From Paracoccus suum (lineage in GTDB: Bacteria; Pseudomonadota; Alphaproteobacteria; Rhodobacterales; Rhodobacteraceae), in assembly GCF_003324675.1 (NCBI RefSeq), contig NZ_CP030918.1, positions 2,670,001-2,702,000 of the forward strand: a DNA stretch of 32,000 nucleotides. The letters run 5' to 3'. The notes beneath the pieces are model-generated. The model made no database searches. It saw only the letters and a list, made by a program, of their open reading frames with translations, and was not told the DNA's origin. The position numbers and the translations under genes are program-made. Positions 18,199 to 26,520 of the stretch are shown here, piece after piece. Each line of letters starts with the position of its first letter. The first letter of the stretch is position 1.

Positions 18199-20095
18199 AG
18201 CCCGCCTCTACCGCCTCAGCCCCGCCGAATCCGCACTCGCCAAGGCCAGGGTCTCGCGCGAGCCGGATTCGGCCGGCGCGCCGCCCTCGCCCGCAGCCGG
18301 GGCAAAGCCTGGCCCGGTCCGGCTTGAGATCCGCGCGCGCCGCGATACCGGCGACAGCAAGGCGGCAGCTGCCGGGCCTGCACCGGCCCAAGACGTCCCG
18401 TTCGAGCCGGCGACGGACCACAGCGACCTGCTTGTTTCGAACGAGGCCACCGTGGAGGACGGCTTTGCCGGCATGACCTTTCCGGGCGCTGCCGCGAACA
18501 CCGCGCGCCGGACCGCCGACGGCCAACCGGCTGGCGATCTGAGCCCCGAAGCAATGGCAAAAGCCATAGCCGAGGTCGAGGCCGAGCGTCTGTCGCCCCG
18601 CCAGTTGCGCGTCGCGGCACGCCTCGCGGCCTCGCACGGCATCGAGGCCGCCAGTGACGAGGAGGCGATCGTCCGGCTGCGCCTGCAGGGCATCGACCCG
18701 ATGGAGCGGACTGGCCTGCGCAAGGCCGTGGCCGAAGCCGGCGATCGGGCCACCAGCCAGCCGGCGCCGAATTCACCCTCGGTCGTCGGCGGCCGCCAGG
18801 CGCGCAGCGTTCAGCCGTTGCCCGAGGGGCGCGGCAGCGGGCCGGCGCAGGGACGTGGCAACCTGCCCGTGAAGGCTGCGCCCGGCCGCCCCCCGGCCCC
18901 CGCCGGTACGCCGCACCTGCCCAGCCGCGAGGCGATGACCGAAGAGCGTCGCGCCGCCGAAATCCTGCGCATCCAGCGAGACATCGCCCGCCGCCGCCGC
19001 CGCCGGATGCTGATGCTGTTCGTACGTCTGGCTGCCTTCGTCTTTCTGCCGACCGTGATAGCGGGGTGGTATTATTTCACCCAGGCGACTCCGCTTTACG
19101 CGACAGAATCGAAATTCCAGATCCAGAAGTCCGAGGGTGCTTCCGCAGGACCGCTGGGTGGCCTGCTGTCCGGCACGCAGCTTGCGACCAATCCTGACAG
19201 CGTCGCGGTGCAAAGCTATCTCGGCTCGCGCGATGCCATGATGCGGCTTGACGCTGAACTTGGTTTCAAGCGCGTCTTCCAGGACCCCTCGATCGACCCG
19301 CTGCTGCGCCTGCCCCCGGATTCCAGCAACGAAGAAGCTTATTCCGTTTACAAGGACATGGTGAAGATCAGCTATGATCCGACCGAGGGGGTAATCGGCC
19401 TCGCGGTCGCCGCGCCCGACCCGGAACTGTCGCAGAAATTTTCGCTGGCGCTGATCCGCTATGCCGAGGGGCAGGTCGACCAGATGACCGCGCGCCTGCG
19501 CGACGACCAGATGACCGGCGCCATGGCCAGCTATGCCGACGCCGAGAAAAAGGTCGCCGCCGCCCAGAACCGCATCCAGGAGCTGCAGCAAAAGTTGGGC
19601 GTTCTTGACCCGATTTCCGAAAACACGGTCGCCATGCAGCAGATCGCCACGCTGGAGGGCGAGTTGACGAAGAAGCAGCTCGAGCTGGGGCAGTTGCAGT
19701 CCAACGTCCGCCCGAACGCCAGCCGTGTGGCCGGCGTCGAGGGCGACATCAAGCGCTTGGAGGAGTTGATCGCCGACCGCCGCGCCGACTTGACCCAGAC
19801 CTCGGATTCCCGTGGATCGCTGGCCTCGGTCACCGGCGAACTGCGCATCGCCGAGGGCGAATTGCAGACCCGCCAGCAGCTGTTCGCGACCGCCGCGGCC
19901 CAGGTCGAGGCGGCACGAATCGAGGCGAACAAGCAGGTCCGCTACCTTTCGCTCGCACTCCCGCCGGTGCCCCCGGACGAGCCGACCTATCCCAAGTCGG
20001 CCCAGAACACGCTGGTCGCCTTCCTCATCTTCGCCGGCATCTACCTGATGCTGTCGCTGACCGCCTCTGTCCTTCGCGAGCAGGTATCCTCATGA
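18182..20095 (+). CDS. kpsE: KpsE-like polysaccharide co-polymerase (PCP-3) with a ~275 aa N-terminal extension
   Basis: The C-terminal ~350 aa contain TM1 (MLMLFVRLAAFVFLPTVIAGWYYF), a periplasmic coiled-coil region and a terminal TM (LVAFLIFAGIYLMLSLTASVL), as in KpsE/CtrB. The start is taken at the ATG at 18182 (MTTPPKARLY), which overlaps kpsT by 17 nt. Confidence 0.8.
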   Translation: MTTPPKARLYRLSPAESALAKARVSREPDSAGAPPSPAAGAKPGPVRLEIRARRDTGDSKAAAAGPAPAQDVPFEPATDHSDLLVSNEATVEDGFAGMTFPGAAANTARRTADGQPAGDLSPEAMAKAIAEVEAERLSPRQLRVAARLAASHGIEAASDEEAIVRLRLQGIDPMERTGLRKAVAEAGDRATSQPAPNSPSVVGGRQARSVQPLPEGRGSGPAQGRGNLPVKAAPGRPPAPAGTPHLPSREAMTEERRAAEILRIQRDIARRRRRRMLMLFVRLAAFVFLPTVIAGWYYFTQATPLYATESKFQIQKSEGASAGPLGGLLSGTQLATNPDSVAVQSYLGSRDAMMRLDAELGFKRVFQDPSIDPLLRLPPDSSNEEAYSVYKDMVKISYDPTEGVIGLAVAAPDPELSQKFSLALIRYAEGQVDQMTARLRDDQMTGAMASYADAEKKVAAAQNRIQELQQKLGVLDPISENTVAMQQIATLEGELTKKQLELGQLQSNVRPNASRVAGVEGDIKRLEELIADRRADLTQTSDSRGSLASVTGELRIAEGELQTRQQLFATAAAQVEAARIEANKQVRYLSLALPPVPPDEPTYPKSAQNTLVAFLIFAGIYLMLSLTASVLREQVSS

Positions 20096-20934
20096 CGGAG
20101 CAACGCACTGTCGCCTTGGGCGATGTCACCTGCGGCAACGACCTGCCGCTGACCGTGATCGCCGGACCCTGCCAGCTGGAGACGCTGGACCACGCGCTGA
20201 TGATCGCCGAGGCGATGGCCGGAGCGTGCCGGGCTGCTGGCGCCGGCTTCGTCTTCAAGGCCAGCTACGACAAGGCCAACCGCACCTCGCTGCAGGGCCG
20301 TCGCGGCGTCGGTATGGAGGAGGGCCTGAGATGGCTACAGACGGTGCGCGAGCGCATCGGCTGCCCGGTGCTGACCGACATCCATGATATCCCGCAGGCT
20401 GAGGCTGCGGCTCAGGCGGTGGACGTGATCCAGATCCCCGCGTTTCTCTGCCGCCAGACCGACCTGCTGCTCGCCGCCGGCCGGACGGGCGCCGCGGTGA
20501 ACGTCAAGAAGGGCCAATTCCTTGCCCCTTGGGACATGCAGAACGTGGCCGACAAAGTCGCCTCGACCGGTAACGAGCGGCTTATGCTGACCGAGCGCGG
20601 CGTCAGCTTTGGCTACAACACGCTGGTCGCGGACATGCGCAGCCTGCCGGTCATGACCCGCACCGGCTGGCCGGTCATCATGGATGCGACCCACGCCGTC
20701 CAGCAGCCCGGCGGCCTTGGCGGGGCCTCCGGCGGTCAGCGCGAGTTCGCGCCCGTGCTGGCCCGCGCCGCGGTCAGCCTAGGGGTTGCCGGGGTATTCA
20801 TCGAGACGCACGAGGCGCCCGACACGGCGCCCTCAGACGGGCCGAACATGATCCCGCTGGAGGCGATGCCGGCTCTGATCGCCTCGCTGATGAAGTTTGA
20901 CGCCTTGGCCAAGGCCGATCCGCAGCGCGTTTAG
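20092..20934 (+). CDS. kdsA: 3-deoxy-8-phosphooctulonate (KDO-8-P) synthase
   Basis: LTVIAGPCQLE, FKASYDKANRTS and the (beta/alpha)8 length of 280 aa fit KdsA. Its ATG overlaps the kpsE-like stop (ATGA). Confidence 0.93.
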   Translation: MTEQRTVALGDVTCGNDLPLTVIAGPCQLETLDHALMIAEAMAGACRAAGAGFVFKASYDKANRTSLQGRRGVGMEEGLRWLQTVRERIGCPVLTDIHDIPQAEAAAQAVDVIQIPAFLCRQTDLLLAAGRTGAAVNVKKGQFLAPWDMQNVADKVASTGNERLMLTERGVSFGYNTLVADMRSLPVMTRTGWPVIMDATHAVQQPGGLGGASGGQREFAPVLARAAVSLGVAGVFIETHEAPDTAPSDGPNMIPLEAMPALIASLMKFDALAKADPQRV

Positions 20935-20952
20935 ACCGCCGATGGGCGACCG

Positions 20953-22140
20953 TTACCCCGCGGCAATCGCCTTTGCCGCGGCGTGCGCCGATGCCCAGGC
21001 CCACTGAAAGTTATACCCGCCGAGCCAGCCGGTGACATCCACCAGCTCACCGATGATGTGCAGGCCCGGAACTTTCCTGACCTGTAGCGTGCGGGCGTCC
21101 AGATCGCGGGTATCTACCCCACCCATTGTCACCTCCGCCGTGCGGTAGCCTTCGGTGCCGACCGGGCGGATCTGCCAGCGGTGCACCCGCGCCGCCAGTG
21201 CCTCGGCCGCAGCATTGCCCATCGCACCGATCCGAGCACCGCTATCGCCGTCACCCGCGATGGCCTGCGCCAGACGCTCGGGCAGCACGCTCCCCAGAAC
21301 GGTGGCAACGGCCCGCCGCGGCGTCGCGCCTCGCGCCTCGCGCAGGCGTGCGGCAAGGCCCGCATCCGGTGCCAGATCGATCACCACCGGCTGCCCGGGC
21401 AACCACAGGCTGGAGGCCTGCAGGATCACCGGCCCTGAGAGCCCGCGATGGGTGAAAAGCAGTGCGTCGCGAAAGCTGGTGCGACCGACAGTGACCGTGG
21501 CCTCGACGCTGATCCCGGCGAGCGGACGGCACAAGTCCAGGTCCTGCTCGGCAAAGGTCATCGGGACAAGGCCCGGGCGAGTCTCGGTCAGGCGCAGCCC
21601 AAGGCTCTCGGCGATGGCGTATCCCACCGGGCTGGCGCCCATCTTGGGGATGGACTTGCCCCCCGTGGCCAGCACCACACGGCTGGCTGTGATGGCGCCA
21701 GAGCTGGTCGAGACCTTGAAGCCATTCGGTCGCGGGGCGACCCCCTCCACTGCAACGCCCAGGCGCATTTCCACCCCCGCCATACGCCGATGCAGCATGC
21801 CGATGATCTGGGTCGACTTGCCGTCGCAGAACAGCTGGCCTGCGGTCTTTTCATGCCAGGCGATTCCGGCGCGCTCAACCAGGGCGACGAAATCCTCTGG
21901 CGTGTAGCCGGCGAGCGCCGAGGCAGCAAAGCGCGGATTGGCAGAATGGAACCGCGAGGGCTGGGTCGCGAGGTTGGTGAAATTGCACCGGCCGCCGCCG
22001 GAGATGCGAATTTTTTCACCGGCCCTGCTCGCGTGATCCAGCAACAACACGCGCAGATGCGGCGCCAACTCGCGCAGCGAGCCACCGCAGAAAAGCCCAG
22101 CCGCACCGGCGCCGAGAATGACGACATCCCAGTTTTCCAT
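20953..22140 (-). CDS. NAD(P)/FAD-dependent oxidoreductase, HI0933/YhiN (BaiN-like) family
   Basis: DVVILGAGAAGLFCGG dinucleotide-binding motif, GGGRCNFTN, and C-terminal GGYNFQWAWASG-type segment are present. Confidence 0.88.
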   Translation of the reverse strand: MENWDVVILGAGAAGLFCGGSLRELAPHLRVLLLDHASRAGEKIRISGGGRCNFTNLATQPSRFHSANPRFAASALAGYTPEDFVALVERAGIAWHEKTAGQLFCDGKSTQIIGMLHRRMAGVEMRLGVAVEGVAPRPNGFKVSTSSGAITASRVVLATGGKSIPKMGASPVGYAIAESLGLRLTETRPGLVPMTFAEQDLDLCRPLAGISVEATVTVGRTSFRDALLFTHRGLSGPVILQASSLWLPGQPVVIDLAPDAGLAARLREARGATPRRAVATVLGSVLPERLAQAIAGDGDSGARIGAMGNAAAEALAARVHRWQIRPVGTEGYRTAEVTMGGVDTRDLDARTLQVRKVPGLHIIGELVDVTGWLGGYNFQWAWASAHAAAKAIAAG

Positions 22141-22230
22141 CCGCGCGGCCTACCCGCCCCAGCATCCCGCGACCAGCAAGTTTTTACGCTTGCGGCCGCA
22201 GTTTGGCCTAGCTAAACACCCCCTCGCTGC

Positions 22231-22305
22231 TGGGGCGTGGCCAAGTGGTAAGGCATCGGTTTTTGGTACCGTGTACCGTAGGTTCGAATCCTACCGCCCC
22301 AGCCA
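22231..22305 (+). tRNA. tRNA-Gln (anticodon UUG)
   Basis: Cloverleaf folded by hand. The 7-bp acceptor stem pairs TGGGGCG with CGCCCCA (U1-A72). The T arm is GTAGG/TTCGAAT/CCTAC. The anticodon loop is TTTTGGT with TTG at positions 34-36. Discriminator G and an encoded CCA follow. Confidence 0.9.
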
Positions 22306-22471
22306 GTCATCTTACCTGAATTCATCTCTGCCGGGATGCGCGGAATTATCCGCGTGAATTCCGTTCCTTGTGTGCCGCTGCTTTGCGGAGAGACGCTTTC
22401 CATTGCACACATCTGCTGCATTCCGCGACCCGGTCTCGGGGCGGCTCCAAGGTCGTGAGGTTTGCGCGCAT

Positions 22472-22502
22472 TTTCCCTGTTCCGAAGGAGTTTACAGGGA
22501 AA
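22472..22502. repeat. Inverted repeat A: TTTCCCTGT-N13-ACAGGGAAA
   Basis: Read directly. The 9-bp arms are at 22472-22480 and 22494-22502. The loop TCCGAAGGAGTTT contains AAGGAG. Confidence 0.7.
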
Positions 22503-22576
22503 TCAACTTCGGGCGGTCCCGGACGGCCAGTATCCGAGCTATTTTCTGCCGCAGCATCAGTACCTTGAATAGCAAA

Positions 22577-22621
22577 TTCCCTGCTCGCCGGAACAGGCAA
22601 TTGAACGTGGGTAACAGGGAA
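22577..22621. repeat. Inverted repeat B: TTCCCTG-N31-CAGGGAA, a second copy of the repeat A arms
   Basis: Read directly. The flanks also repeat: GCA(T/A)(T/A)TTCCCTG(T/C)TC on the left and ACAGGGAAA(T/C)C ... GGGCGG on the right of both units. Confidence 0.65.
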
Positions 22622-22690
22622 ACCTACTATGCGGGCGGGGAAGGTGTCTGCTGATCATAGAAGCTCCCGTGAGATGGGCAGGAGGTCCGA

Positions 22691-24352
22691 TCAGCGCGGC
22701 GGCGCGATGCCGGTGCGGCTGTATTGCACACTCCAGTCGGCCGGCATCTTCGGACGGGTGAGACGGTGCAGGGTCAATGCGGCCGGCTGGGTGCCCTCAA
22801 GGATTGCCTGCTGGATCCCGGGAGCGAGGAGGGTGAGTTGCAGGTGCACGCGGAGGCAGCCTTCAGAGATTCCGTCAGCCTTGGCAATCGTGCGGATGTC
22901 CCGCCCACGCCGGATCTCGCCAAGCCAACGATTCGCCCGCATCAGATGCGCAACGAGTTGCACATCTGGCTGCGTCTGCCGGTCGCCGATCACCAGGCGC
23001 TGCTCGACGCCGCGCCGCTTGAGCGCCAATGGCAACGTCAACTGCAGGGCACTGGGGGCGAGCGCGTCGGTCCCAACCCCAAAGAGCGCTGCAAGCTTCT
23101 CGCGGCTGAGTACGAGATCCACGCCCTCGCGGGACAGCGTCCCTGGCTCGATCAAGCCGAGCCAGCGGTTCTATGCCGCTACGTCCGCGCCTGAGGAGGC
23201 CAGCCTCTCCAGCATGCCATTGTGGCCGGTGAGGTCTGGCAGCGTCAGCAGGTCATGTTGATCGACCCGGGCACGCAGGTGCGTGGCAATCCCGCTGGCA
23301 AGTGCCGGTTCCAGTGCCCGTGCCGGGGTGTGCCTAGCAGACTTGTCGCTGCCTCCCGTTACCAGACGACTGGAGATATAGTAGCGATAGCGCCGCCCTC
23401 CCTTCTGCGTGTGAGTGGGGGTCAGGCGATCTCCGGTCTCATCGACCAGCTTGCCGGTCAGGCTGGCGCCGGGCGGTGGGAGTGAGGTCTCGCCCCGCTT
23501 CCGGCCGGCGGCCTCGGTGAGCATGGCCTGGACACGCCGCCACTGCGCCTCGCCGATGATCGCCGGATGCTGGCCCGCGTGCTCAGTCCGACCATCGCGG
23601 GTGCGACCGGTATACCGGGTTGGAGAGCAGGTAGTGCAGCTGTCCACGGGCCAGCGGGCGGTTGCCCATCTCACAACCATCGCGGCCCGGGCGCGACTTC
23701 GAGCGCAGATCAAGGCGGCGTACCTCCTCCGCAAGGGCCGAGAGGCTGGCACAGTGCTCGTAGAGACCGAAGATCTGCCGGACTGTCGCAGCCTCGGTCT
23801 CGTTCACAGCCAGCACCTGCTCGCGCGGATCCGGATGGCGGTCATAGCCGAGCGGCAGCGTGCCGCCCATCCACAACCCCCGCTTCTTGGAGGCCGCGAT
23901 CTTATCGCGGATGCGCTCGGCTGTGATCTCGCGCTCGAACTGGGCAAAGGACAGCAGCACGTTCAGCGTCAACCGCCCCATCGAAGTGGAGGAATTGAAG
24001 GCCTGGGTCACCGAGACAAAGGAGCAGCCCTTCGCCTCGAGCCGCTCGACCAGCTTGGCGAAGTCGGCGAGCGAGCGGGTCAGCCGGTCGATCTTGTAGA
24101 CAACGATCTTCGAGATCCGGCCGGCATCGATCTCGGCCAGGAGCCGCTTGAGCGCCGGGCGCTCGGTCTTGCCGCCCGAGAAGCCGCCATCGTCGTAGCG
24201 CTCCTTCACCGCCCGACAGCCCTCGTGACGCTGGCTCGCGATATAGGCAGCACAGGCCTCGTGCTGGGCATCGAGCGAGTTAAAACCCTGGTTAAGCCCT
24301 TCGTCCGTCGACTTCGCGTGTAGATGGCGCAGCGGATAACCGGCGGGCTCAT
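22691..24352 (-). pseudogene. Large serine recombinase (resolvase/invertase catalytic domain, recombinase domain, C-terminal domain), inactivated
   Basis: The ATG at 24352 gives MSPPVIRCAIYTR. A 1-nt frameshift near 24315 follows, then KSTDEGLNQGFNSLDAQHEACAAYIASQRHEG ... YDDGGFSGG ... KIDRLTRSLADF ... GRLTLNVLLSFAQFEREI. A second frameshift lies near 23620 (NPVY / TGRTRDGRTEHAGQHPAII). An in-frame TAG is at 23171-23173. The reading frame then continues to the stop at 22691. Confidence 0.85.
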
Positions 24353-24362
24353 CGGCTCGATC

Positions 24363-25207
24363 GGCACTGTCAGATAAACCCGGCTTGTCCGACCGGCAGC
24401 GTCAACCCTACCCTTCCGGCATGACCCAGCGCGGCCCGTTTCGGTAGTTCAAGACCTCACCCGAAATCATCCGCCTGGCCGTGATGCTCTACGTTCGGTT
24501 CCCGCTTTCGCTGCGCAACGTCGAGGACCTGCTGCAGGAGCGCGGCATCGAGGTCAGCCATGAGACAGTCCGCTTCTGGCGGAACCGGTTCGGCCCACTG
24601 TTCGCCTCTGAGATCCGCCGGAAGCGAGCCTCATTCATGGGGACGGGTCCGCAGTGGCGGTGGCACCTGGACGAGGTGTTCGTGAAGATCAACGGCATCC
24701 AGCATTACCTCTGGCGCGCCGTCGACCACGAGGGCGAGGTGCTGGAGTCCGTGGTTACCAAGACCCACGATCGCAGCGCTTCCTGCGCAAGCTGATGCGC
24801 CGGTATGGCTCTCCGACCAAGATCGTGACAGACCGCCTTCGCTCCTATGGTGCGGCCCTTCGCGAGCTCGGAGCAGGTGCGAAGCAGCTCTCTGCGCGGC
24901 ACGCGAACAATCGCGTCGAGAATTCACATTTGCCATTCCGGCGACGAGAACGAGCCATGCTCCGCTTCCGCCGCATGCGAAGCCTGCAGATGTTCGTCGC
25001 CCTCCACGCCTCCGTCTCAAACCATTTCAGCCGGGACCGCAGCCTCTCCCGCCGTCAGCACCTCAAAGCCAACCGAGCCGCTGCTATCGCCGAGTGGCGG
25101 CAGCTCGGCACCGCCTGAAAGACGGCCCTGCTGCAAACACTGAGACGAGTTCGCATTCGTCTGACAGCACACGTTCGGCTCCAGACTGCTGAGCGCCCGA
25201 CAGTGCC
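24363..25207 (+). mobile_element. IS6-family insertion sequence (~845 bp), degenerate
   Basis: The left end is GGCACTGTCAGA (24363-24374). The best right end is GACAGTGCC (25199-25207), sharing 9 nt of terminal inverted repeat with the left end. The size and internal transposase fit IS6. A second weaker right-end candidate (TCTGACAG, 25160-25167) exists, so the right boundary is uncertain. No 8-bp target duplication is seen (GCTCGATC versus GGTGGACA). Confidence 0.65.
24421..25118 (+). pseudogene. IS6-family DDE transposase, inactivated
   Basis: MTQRGPFR-TAG(24445-24447)-FKTSPEIIRLAVMLYVRFPLSLRNVEDLLQERGIEVSHETVRFW ... WHLDEVFVKING (D) ... a frameshift near 24770-24782 ... IVTDRLRSYGAA (D) ... 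NNRVENSH (E). The DDE triad and IS6-type N-terminus are recognisable. Confidence 0.85.
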
Positions 25208-25590
25208 GGTGGACAAGCGGAGGGTGAGACGGTCAGACGCGATCCGGCCCTCGGCAATCAGTCCGAACAGTCGCGCCTCTGCATCCGCTTTCCCGCTCGC
25301 GTCAAAGACCTTTGCCGCCGATTGCTCTTCAGCCTGACGGTGGCGTAGGAGATCGGGTTCGGCGAGCAACCTGTACTCGCGCAGAAGCCGGGCGACGTGC
25401 GCAAGGATGCCGAGTGCGATCCCGGTCTGAAGCGTCGCCGCGGGCAGGCGCCAGGCGGTCGGATCGGGCGGACCGGGGATGAGCCAGTTGGAGACGTAAT
25501 AGCGGTAGCGGCGCGAACCCTTCTGGTCTGGGTCGGAGTGAGGCGGTCGCCGGTCTCGTCGATCAGTTTGCCGATGAGCAGAGAGAAGGC
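25208..25590 (-). pseudogene. Internal fragment of a second, paralogous large serine recombinase
   Basis: SLLIGKLIDETGDRLTPTQT / (1-nt frameshift near 25530) / KGSRRYRYYVSNWLIPG parallels copy 1 (SLTGKLVDETGDRLTPTHTQKGGRRYRYYISSRLVTGG). It lacks the catalytic N-terminus and is cut at its 3' side by the IS6 right end. Confidence 0.75.
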
Positions 25591-25633
25591 GACGCTGCCC
25601 TCCGACGGCCATTTCCCGGCATGCGCCCGGCCC

Positions 25634-26130
25634 AAAGAAATCGCGCGCATACTCGCGGTAGAGGTCGGGACGGTTCTCGTCACACGCGATCGACTGGTAG
25701 ATCGCGAATTACATGTCGCGGCTCTTGACCGCCAGCCCGCCAGAGATCTTGTGACGGGCCTAACCAAACGGGCCGAAGTCCTTTGCGATCGGATCGTCGA
25801 CCAAGACGTTGCGATCAGCGAGAAACAGGATCTTCGGATTGCGGTTGATCCCTTTGGAATTCCAGCGTGCCGACCAGAGCTTCCAGCAGATCTGGAAGGC
25901 GACGGCAGTCTTGCCCGCTCCTGTGCACAGTGTGAGCAGTGCCGGCTTCCTGCCCTGAAGCGCCGCCTGAACGGCGCGGTTCACGGCGATCTCCTGATAG
26001 TAGCGAAGGGGTTTGGCTCGATCTGGAACGTGGGCGTCAACAGCCGTTCGGCCACTTGGTCGTCGACAATGCCCTCGGCGCGGCGGAGCCGGGACCAAAG
26101 GTCGTCAGGGGATGGAACAGGATCAGGCCA
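25634..26130 (-). pseudogene. hsdR: Fragment of a type I restriction enzyme R subunit (HsdR, helicase motif I region)
   Basis: WPDPVPSPDDLW ... LLTP / frameshift near 26005-26035 / KPLRYYQEIAVNRAVQAALQG ... LCTGAGKTAVAF (motif I) ... ILFLADRNVLVDD ... DFGPFG-TAG(25760-25762)-ARHKISGG ... SRDM-TAA(25709-25711)-FAIYQSI ... LYREYARDFF. The fragment breaks off before the DEAH box. The N-terminal nuclease region is missing. Confidence 0.75.
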
Positions 26131-26141
26131 CTGTCGGCGGC

Positions 26142-26520
26142 CTACAGCGGCGGTGGCGTCAGCGTCGCCGGCTCAGCCAGCTTGAACTGGCGCTCGACGC
26201 GGACATATCGTAGCGCCACCTCAGCTTTGTGGAATCCGGGCGGGCCCAGCCCAGTCGTGCGATGGTGTTGAATCTGACAGAGCGGCTCGCCCTGCCGCTG
26301 CGCGACCGTAACTTGATCTTCAATGCCGCCGGATACGCTGCGCACTTTCCGCAGCGCCCCTTGGACGCACCCGAGCTTTCCGCGGCGCGCGAGGCGATCG
26401 ACGGAACCCTGCAGGGGCATCTTCCGCAACCCGCCCTGGCGATGGACCGTCACTGGAGCTTGCTCTCGGCAAACGCCGCGGTTCAGCAGTTGCTGGAGGG
26501 GATGGCACCGCCGCTCCTCA
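26142..26520 (+). pseudogene. Fragment of an XRE-family HTH regulator with an MmyB-like C-terminal region
   Basis: LQRRWRQRRRLSQLELALDADIS-TAG(26211-26213)-RHLSFVESGRAQPSRAMVLNLTERLALPLRDRNLIFNAAGYA ... ALAMDRHWSLLSANAA. There is no credible own start, because the sequence upstream is antisense of the hsdR fragment. Similarity is lost near 26520. Confidence 0.7.

Noticed and set aside
22149-22164. CCTACCCGCCCCAGCA, upstream of the tRNA, nearly duplicates the tRNA-Gln 3' end CCTACCGCCCCAGCCA (22290-22305). I considered it as an att-type direct repeat.
   Set aside because: It lies on the 5' side of the tRNA in the yhiN leader, not at the far end of the island where an integration repeat should be. 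It contains an indel. A 15-16 nt GC-rich match is weak evidence on its own.
22346-22654. ORFs 22346..22600(-), 22368..22568(+) and 22370..22654(+) in the segment next to the tRNA, considered as possible excisionase, toxin-antitoxin or small cargo genes.
   Set aside because: They overlap one another in three frames, lack RBSs and have no family resemblance. The region is better explained by the inverted-repeat structure reported as a finding.
23171-26213. Recurrent in-frame amber codons in the island genes: TAG at 23171, 24445, 25760 and 26211, plus one TAA at 25709. I considered stop-codon recoding or suppression.
   Set aside because: The same genes also carry frameshifts and truncations, so decay is the simpler explanation. 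In a GC3-rich genome the abundant codons (CAG, GAG, AAG, TCG, TGG, TAC) mutate to TAG far more readily than to TAA or TGA. An amber bias among nonsense mutations is therefore expected.
26232-26258. GAATCC...CCCAGCCCAGTC resembles the tRNA 3' end plus its downstream bases (GAATCC...CCCAGCCAGTC). I considered it as the distal att repeat of the island.
   Set aside because: The match needs gaps and falls inside the conserved HTH coding motif (VESGRAQPSR) of the XRE fragment. The sequence is explained by protein constraint.
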